This document shows, in pieces, positions 44,386-49,567 of a stretch of 49,567 nucleotides of DNA (position 1 is its first letter; every line of letters begins with the position of its first letter). Under the pieces are notes generated by a model. The model made no database searches and was not told where the DNA came from. It saw nothing but the letters and a program-made list of their open reading frames with translations. The stretch is from a virus (lineage: Duplodnaviria; Caudoviricetes): the IMG/VR virus record IMGVR_UViG_3300044788_000046, positions 1-49,567 of that record; one strand, 5' to 3'. The position numbers and the translations under genes are program-made.

Positions 44386-44793
44386 TCAACCGCCACCGCC
44401 GTGCTCGTGCGCCTTCTCTTCGAGCCGCTCTAGACGGCGGCCGTGGTCCTCCCGCAGGTTCTCAACGCGCTCGTCTAGTTTTGCAGCGAGCTGGCCGGTA
44501 GGGCTTGACGGGATTGCGTGGCGCTCGTTCTTCAGGATTCCAGGTAACGCTTTGTCGGCGGCGCGGAGATCTCCGGACAGCTCCTTAACGTCCGTTTCGA
44601 TTCGGCCCATCCGGTCACAGTCGCGTTGTTGCTGCGTGTCTATCCGGCCCACCTTGCCGCCGAGGCCGTCCACGTCCTTTTGTAGGCCACGCAGAAACAA
44701 CAGCGTCGCCGCCCCGACGACGGCCAGGGCGAAGGCGACTAGGCCGAGGGCGGCACTCGGCGAAGTCACGGCGAGTTTGAGCAGGGCGTCCAA
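44386..44793 (-). CDS. membrane-anchored coiled-coil protein (holin-like candidate)
   Basis: TM then coil ending HGRRLERLEE. Confidence 0.7.
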   Translation of the reverse strand: MDALLKLAVTSPSAALGLVAFALAVVGAATLLFLRGLQKDVDGLGGKVGRIDTQQQRDCDRMGRIETDVKELSGDLRAADKALPGILKNERHAIPSSPTGQLAAKLDERVENLREDHGRRLERLEEKAHEHGGGG

Positions 44794-44802
44794 CGACCGA
44801 CT

Positions 44803-45192
44803 TTAGCCTTTGCGCTCTTCGGTCAGTCGCTTGACCTCGGCGGGGGGCGGAACGGCGGGCCGGCCGGCGGGAGCGATGAACCCTTGCTTGACGGCCTCAT
44901 GCTTGTCCGAGGTCATCACGCCCGCACCGACCAGGAATGTACTCGCCATGCCGAGCCCGAGGACGACTGTGCCGCAGGTCACATGCAATACCGCCAAGAT
45001 GTCGCGGTCATAGACCGGCGCGCACCCTTGCGCGGCCCACGCAACAGCGCCCGTGACGCCCCAGCCGATGAGCCCTGTCAGAAACTTGTTCCGCTTCAAC
45101 CAATCCATTCCGCCCCCTGCTCCAAATTTCCGCCCTAGCGACTCGGCCTCACGCTTCGCCGCCCACGTCTTGAGTGCCCCCAGGAGTCCCAC
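44803..45192 (-). CDS. putative holin-like membrane protein
   Basis: Two hydrophobic segments; charged C-terminus. Confidence 0.6.
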   Translation of the reverse strand: MGLLGALKTWAAKREAESLGRKFGAGGGMDWLKRNKFLTGLIGWGVTGAVAWAAQGCAPVYDRDILAVLHVTCGTVVLGLGMASTFLVGAGVMTSDKHEAVKQGFIAPAGRPAVPPPAEVKRLTEERKG

Positions 45193-45194
45193 CC

Positions 45195-45410
45195 TTAATC
45201 ACTCCCGTGTCCGTGTTGGTGCTTTGCCGCGCGGTCGTCCGCGTGAGCCGTGCGCCACCCCTGGGCCCACTTCGCGGCGAGGGCCGGTTCGTCCGCGGGG
45301 AACGGGTTGGACTCTAGCGCGCGGTCCTCTTGAAACGCTCGTTTACCCAAGCCGTACGCCTCGACCTTGCGGGCCGTCCGGTCCCCGCGAGCGTTCGCGT
45401 TCGTGTTCAC
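45195..45410 (-). CDS. Rmf-like (ribosome modulation factor fold) protein
   Basis: DR..R..AY..G..A....R..E.NPF......W..GWR.A..D. Confidence 0.6.
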   Translation of the reverse strand: MNTNANARGDRTARKVEAYGLGKRAFQEDRALESNPFPADEPALAAKWAQGWRTAHADDRAAKHQHGHGSD

Positions 45411-46465
45411 GGGAGCACCGTCGAGGAGCACGCCGAGCACGTCGCGCGGTTGCTCGGGTCCGAGCACGACGACGCACGGCACACCGTGACCGAGGCCCCG
45501 CCGTCCGCGTCCGCGGAGAATGGGTTGTCCTCGCGCATCGCGGCGCCGAACCACACCGGGAGCCCGTGCTTACGTTCGCAGTCGGCGCGCTTCGCGTGGC
45601 CTTCGGGCCAGAACGGGCAAACGATCTGCGCGCGTGGGTCGGAGTTGTGGCTCGGGCAATAGGGCGGCCCGTCATGCGCGCGATCGTTCACCTTGGCGGC
45701 GACGAACACGAACCGCTTGGACGGGTCTCGCGGGAGCGGCCATCCGCCAAAGGCGTATTCGGTCGCGTCGGGCGTGCCGGGGTCGCAGGTCGTGGACTCG
45801 GCCGGCGCCGGGGGCGGGGTCCTCTGGATCGGCTGCCCCTCTCCGCTCGGTGGCGAGCAGAACGACCGATAGGCCCCGTGGGGCCGGCGCACGCGCCCTT
45901 CGGATGTTTCGATCTGGTAATTTTCGACTCGGTTCCCCAGCTTGACAGACATCTCGGAAGCCCGCCCGCCCTCGCCGCTCCGGTAGTCGTAAGTCACCAC
46001 GAAGCCGCGGGCGGCGACAGCGTCCGCCGTGTTCGCGACGAACACGCGCCAATCGCCGGGACGCTTCGGCCCGTCGAGGCCGCACGTCATCCCCGCCGCC
46101 GCGCAGGCGGCGTCTATGCCTGCGTTCACGTCCGTTTCAAAGTGCCCGTATTCGGGGCCGGGACCCTCCCAAGAGTGACACGTGTCGGGTTGTGGCTCCG
46201 GGTCGGGCGTCGCGGGTGGCGTGGCGGGGCATGCCGCCGGGCCCGCGACGCGGGTCAGGCCGTCCGCGCAGATCCAGGCCCATGGCTCGCCTGGCCGCTG
46301 ATCCCAGCAGGCGCGGGCGGTCCCTGTGGCCGCGCAGCCAGGATCGTGAGCCTCCGGCGTGGCCGTGGGGGTCGGGGCAGGGACTGGCACGTCGGGGCAC
46401 TTTGCCGCGCCGAGGCATAATCCCGACAGGAGAAGTACGCACAGAATGAGAGACTTACGCGACAC
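45407..46465 (-). CDS. Cys- and Pro-rich exported protein (possible lipoprotein)
   Basis: GGAGG RBS; MSRKSLILCVLLLSGLCLGAAKC; PT/PA linkers; many Cys. Confidence 0.75.
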   Translation of the reverse strand: MSRKSLILCVLLLSGLCLGAAKCPDVPVPAPTPTATPEAHDPGCAATGTARACWDQRPGEPWAWICADGLTRVAGPAACPATPPATPDPEPQPDTCHSWEGPGPEYGHFETDVNAGIDAACAAAGMTCGLDGPKRPGDWRVFVANTADAVAARGFVVTYDYRSGEGGRASEMSVKLGNRVENYQIETSEGRVRRPHGAYRSFCSPPSGEGQPIQRTPPPAPAESTTCDPGTPDATEYAFGGWPLPRDPSKRFVFVAAKVNDRAHDGPPYCPSHNSDPRAQIVCPFWPEGHAKRADCERKHGLPVWFGAAMREDNPFSADADGGASVTVCRASSCSDPSNRATCSACSSTVLP

Positions 46466-46490
46466 CCGACCTCCCGTTGTCGCTTTTCTC

Positions 46491-46519
46491 TTGACAGCAA
46501 GCGCTTGCAGGACTATATT
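46491..46519 (+). promoter_or_regulatory. near-consensus sigma70 promoter with palindromic operator in spacer
   Basis: TTGACA-17-TATATT; GCAAGCGCTTGC palindrome at 46497-46508. Confidence 0.85.
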
Positions 46520-46526
46520 GATAGGT

Positions 46527-46766
46527 ATGGAGGCCATGATGATCACGATCAGCAAGACCAACGAGGCGACGGTCAACGTCAACGGCGTGGGCGGCTACTA
46601 CGAGGCCCTCAACGCCAGCGGCAAGGGCAAGGTCGTTGCCACGATCCAGGGCGCGACCAAGGCCGCGCTTGGCCACGGCGCCCTCGTTGGCTCCACGGTC
46701 TGGGCTCTCCGCGATGTCCTGGCCATGGCCGAGCGCGGCGAGCAGGGCCTCTCGGTGGTCAAGTAG
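46527..46766 (+). CDS. hypothetical protein (moron gene 1)
   Basis: ATG 46527 (leaderless) or 46536/46539 (GGAGG); strongly GC3-biased codons. Confidence 0.75.
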   Translation: MEAMMITISKTNEATVNVNGVGGYYEALNASGKGKVVATIQGATKAALGHGALVGSTVWALRDVLAMAERGEQGLSVVK

Positions 46767-47066
46767 ATGGGCACCGCAAACCGAGCCGCCGTGTCCCTCG
46801 GCCGACGTGGGGGCAAGGCCGGCACCGGGCCGAGCAAGCGCCGCACCCCCGAGCAGTACGCCACGATCCAGGCCCTTGCCTTGGAGACGCGCCGCGTCAA
46901 GGCCAAGGTCCGCGAGGACTACCCATCGGTGGAGCGCGTCCGCATCGTGCGCGGTGGCGAGCGTGACGGAGCCGTGGACGCCTTCGGCCCGATGCCAAAC
47001 ACCGACATTGCGGGCTGGTACTTTTTCGGCTGGCTGGCCGACGTGCTGCGCGATGCTCTCGCCTGA
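46767..47066 (+). CDS. 'NRAAVSLGRRGG' basic putative DNA-binding protein (moron gene 2)
   Basis: N-terminal motif shared with 11034..11225; start abuts upstream stop. Confidence 0.7.
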   Translation: MGTANRAAVSLGRRGGKAGTGPSKRRTPEQYATIQALALETRRVKAKVREDYPSVERVRIVRGGERDGAVDAFGPMPNTDIAGWYFFGWLADVLRDALA

Positions 47067-47209
47067 GCCCTTCGCGCCAATGCTGGCGATGGCCAGGAGG
47101 ATGATCAGGATGAGCGCCCAGCCTTGGAGCCCACCCCTCAAGTAGCCCCGGCAGAATGCATCTCGCTCTGCGCCCGGAGCACCGATCAGCCGGTCGAGGA
47201 TGTCTTGCT

Positions 47210-47413
47210 TCATCGGCCGCAGAACGGGCATCGCGTGTCTGAAAGCAGTCCCACGCGCTTCTTGGCGAAGAGGCTGGCGAAGAAGCCCACGATCACGCGC
47301 ACCGCCGTGGTCAGCGCACCCGCGTTGTTGATCGCGTACTGGATCGCGGCGCCTATGTCTTCCTTGCGTCCGCTGCCCGCGAGAGGCCCACCTTCCTGAA
47401 CTACCGCCATCAC
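47210..47413 (-). CDS. small membrane-associated protein
   Basis: AAGGAGG RBS; hydrophobic segment; CPFC. Confidence 0.55.
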   Translation of the reverse strand: MMAVVQEGGPLAGSGRKEDIGAAIQYAINNAGALTTAVRVIVGFFASLFAKKRVGLLSDTRCPFCGR

Positions 47414-47420
47414 GCCTCCT

Positions 47421-47612
47421 TCATCGCTGCGTCCACCAAGACTTCGCGCCGGGCGGAATCTCCCCGCGCCACCATCTCGCCCTGGCCGGCCCGCGGCTGA
47501 TGCGGACGCACAGGAGCGCCCAGATCACCAAGATGCAGATACAGCACCACGCGAGCCACGCCAGCACGAGCCCGAGGTCGATCGTCACGAGTAAGCCCTC
47601 GGTTAGCTCCAT
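47421..47612 (-). CDS. small membrane protein (holin candidate)
   Basis: MELTEGLL... long hydrophobic helix directly after the lysin. Confidence 0.55.
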   Translation of the reverse strand: MELTEGLLVTIDLGLVLAWLAWCCICILVIWALLCVRISRGPARARWWRGEIPPGAKSWWTQR

Positions 47613-48037
47613 GACGGCTCGCGGAAAAAATGATGGTTCCCGATGGTGGCGCGCGGGCTCATCCCCTCCGTCCACTTCGGTGCCGGGATCGTGGCGGCGT
47701 AGTAGTGCGTCGAATCCGCGGTCGGGTCCGCGATATCTCCAGCCACCACGAGGCACGCAATCCCGAAGGCGCGGGCGAAGGACGCCTGGCCTATGTGCGC
47801 AGCCTTCATCTTGTCGAGATTCGGGTCGGAAAAAAGCCAGCAACTGAACTGTGATGGCGAGAGGCACACGCGCTGAACCGAGTCGCCCCACCAGCCGAAG
47901 TGGGCCTTGTCTGCATGCGCGGCGCGTACCCTGTTCATCACTACCCAGGCCACTCCGGCTTGACCCATGATCGGCTCGCCGCGAGACTCGCCCCAGATCG
48001 TTCGAGCGAGGGTGTCTAGCTCACTGGGCGGGACCAT
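47603..48037 (-). CDS. SleB-like cell wall hydrolase (endolysin)
   Basis: LARTIWGESRGE, VAWVVMNRV, QFSCW, DPT..STHYY, IGNH.F. Confidence 0.92.
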   Translation of the reverse strand: MVPPSELDTLARTIWGESRGEPIMGQAGVAWVVMNRVRAAHADKAHFGWWGDSVQRVCLSPSQFSCWLFSDPNLDKMKAAHIGQASFARAFGIACLVVAGDIADPTADSTHYYAATIPAPKWTEGMSPRATIGNHHFFREPSWS

Positions 48038-48206
48038 GGAGATCCCGGCCGATGTGAGTGGCGCTAGTGGGAGAGAGTTGAACTTGATCTCAGCCAGCGA
48101 CGGACCTCCAGAGGAACGATGGAAGCCCGGAGGGTGCCGCAGCCCTTCATGCCGGTCTGGCCCCGCCTGTCGAGCAGCGGGTAAGAAACTGCCCGAATCC
48201 TACGCG

Positions 48207-48413
48207 CTAACTTGCTCTCTCGTCAACTGAAATCGCTTCACCCACGCTCACCGTCCGCTGGGGCATCACCACCTCGACCGAGCGGCGGCCCTCGGCCCGC
48301 ACCGGCCCTAGGAGCACGTGGATGTCAGAGGGGCCACGGTCGCGCATGATCCGGAGTAGCCTGGCCACCGCCTCCTGGCCTAGCCCGCGGGCGAGTGCCT
48401 CTGAATCCGTCAT
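48207..48413 (-). CDS. hypothetical protein
   Basis: MTDSEALARGLG...; last gene of early operon. Confidence 0.5.
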   Translation of the reverse strand: MTDSEALARGLGQEAVARLLRIMRDRGPSDIHVLLGPVRAEGRRSVEVVMPQRTVSVGEAISVDERAS

Positions 48414-48429
48414 GCCTTTGGCTCTGCGG

Positions 48430-48642
48430 TCACTCGTTTGGCTCGGCCCTGGGCGCGAGTCCTTCGCCACAGTCCGCATGCTTGCGCAGGCCCCACTTCT
48501 TACGCTGGCGCCTCCTCGCTTTCACCTGACAGGCCACGCACCTGCGGCTATAGGGGTTGTCGGGCGGCAGCCTGTTCTCGCAATCACGACAACGTCCTTC
48601 GGCTTTGAGCCTGACGCTATCGCTCACTTGCCCCTCCCCCAC
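48430..48642 (-). CDS. small zinc-finger protein
   Basis: G.CRDC...RCVAC. Confidence 0.55.
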   Translation of the reverse strand: MGEGQVSDSVRLKAEGRCRDCENRLPPDNPYSRRCVACQVKARRRQRKKWGLRKHADCGEGLAPRAEPNE

Positions 48643-49184
48643 CGATCCTTGATGTAGGCTGCGGACTCCTGCCCGTCGGTGAAGTCCGGCGCGAGGCCAG
48701 CCAGAGAGGCGGGAGGCTTCGCGGGGGAGAGGAGGGCGCGGATCGACTTCGCGGCCCAGTCAGCGCCCCAACGGTCTGCAACCTTCGCCGCCTCCTCCAT
48801 CCCCTCCCGCACCCCGCGCTCGTGGGCTTGGGCCACCTCCTTGACCATGCGCAGTCGGTACTCCTTGCAGTCCTGGCAGGCGCTCGATGCTTCCAACTCC
48901 GCGACCTTGGCCTCGGCGGCTCGCGCCAGGGCTACGTTGGTCAGGTTCGTCTGGTAAATCGACTCCTTGTTTCCACGCTCTGCACGCAGCACGTCCTTGA
49001 GCCTCTCCACCTCCTCCGCGTTTGCCTGGAGTACCGCGAGAAGGGCAGCGACCCTCTTACGCTTTGAGCAATCACAATCCCTTTCGCTCTTGCCGATGTA
49101 GCTGGAGCCACAATATCTAAACCCGGTCTCACGGTCGTGCGGCCCCGCCAGCTCCTCCGCCTGCTTCTGGAGATCGGTGGTCAT
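48624..49184 (-). CDS. hypothetical coiled-coil protein
   Basis: EGMEEAAKVAD...AA..IRAL motif; coupled. Confidence 0.7.
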   Translation of the reverse strand: MTTDLQKQAEELAGPHDRETGFRYCGSSYIGKSERDCDCSKRKRVAALLAVLQANAEEVERLKDVLRAERGNKESIYQTNLTNVALARAAEAKVAELEASSACQDCKEYRLRMVKEVAQAHERGVREGMEEAAKVADRWGADWAAKSIRALLSPAKPPASLAGLAPDFTDGQESAAYIKDRWGRGK

Positions 49185-49357
49185 CGCTCTTCCTTTGCTG
49201 ATCCGGTAGCTTCCCAGTCCACGATTTCCTGCCCGGCATCAAGATCGAAGGTGCCGCCGTCCACTAGGGCGCGAGCGTCTTCGGCCGTTTCAGCTTCTAC
49301 CTGCGTGGTCCCCTGAACCGTCGCCCGATATGGCACGGACCACCACTTCCTGCTCAC
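49181..49357 (-). CDS. hypothetical protein (58 aa, absent from ORF track)
   Basis: VSRKWWSVPY...VEAETAEDA; GTGA/ATGA coupling. Confidence 0.6.
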   Translation of the reverse strand: MSRKWWSVPYRATVQGTTQVEAETAEDARALVDGGTFDLDAGQEIVDWEATGSAKEER

Positions 49358-49567
49358 TTCTCCCCCTTCCCGAGAGCGCGGATCGCCCCCGCTCTACATG
49401 GTGCTGCCACGCCGTGATGCCACCACGTCCGCACCGACAAGTCCTGCGGGTCGCAATCGGCGGGGACATCGCGGGCGCAGTCGAGACACGTCGCCCTCGC
49501 CGCCTCCTCGAACGCCGCAGCCCGTGCCGCTCGCAGCTTCCACCGAAGCGCGTTGTTCTCGTCTTGG
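49354..49567 (-). CDS. hypothetical protein, partial (3' part)
   Basis: QDENNALRWKLRAARAAAFEEAA...IRALGKGEK*. Confidence 0.6.
   Translation of the reverse strand, partial: QDENNALRWKLRAARAAAFEEAARATCLDCARDVPADCDPQDLSVRTWWHHGVAAPCRAGAIRALGKGEK

Larger units (their letters stand above)
1..49567. mobile_element. Temperate tailed phage (siphovirus-like), near-complete genome or prophage
   Basis: Terminase, portal, coat, connector, tail, tape measure, lysin, integrase and replication/recombination genes in coherent operons; no host housekeeping genes seen. Confidence 0.95.

Noticed and set aside
46455-47231. 258-aa minus-strand ORF as a full-length protein
   Set aside because: Only the first 50 or so residues from 47213 look genuine; the rest is antisense to two plus-strand genes that have their own promoter
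1-49567. tRNA genes, tRNA-derived att core, or alternative genetic code
   Set aside because: No cloverleaf with a T-loop seen in the intergenic gaps; core genes are intact under code 11

Overview
GC-rich, apparently near-complete temperate siphovirus-type phage genome, almost entirely encoded on the minus strand. Right to left it reads: lysis genes (SleB-like hydrolase, membrane proteins); a block of signal-peptide-bearing, virion-like proteins and a BppU-like gene; terS/terL/portal; five inserted ORFs; a split MuF; scaffold and P22-type coat; head-tail connectors; two tail-tube-like genes; a -1 frameshifting tail chaperone; tape measure; tail tip and fibre. Next come a short plus-strand operon, a tyrosine integrase and a long early operon (SSAP-like, split replication initiator with iterons, NinB-like, DNA methyltransferase, NinG-like). 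Two protein motifs suggest an Acidobacteriota-like host (inference). Main candidates for new biology: (1) several virion-type proteins with Sec signal peptides; (2) a control region with no recognisable CI, where the integrase sits inside a perfect 26-bp inverted repeat that forms part of a family of apparently leaderless promoters linked to small basic 'AAVALG' proteins; (3) a 4-copy CCCGTATAT[A/G]CG site, two copies of which form a 21/22-bp inverted repeat around the tail-tip module; (4) a rearranged replication origin and initiator; (5) a split MuF with a possible antisense sRNA in the gap. All family assignments come from motif recognition by eye; no database searches were run.
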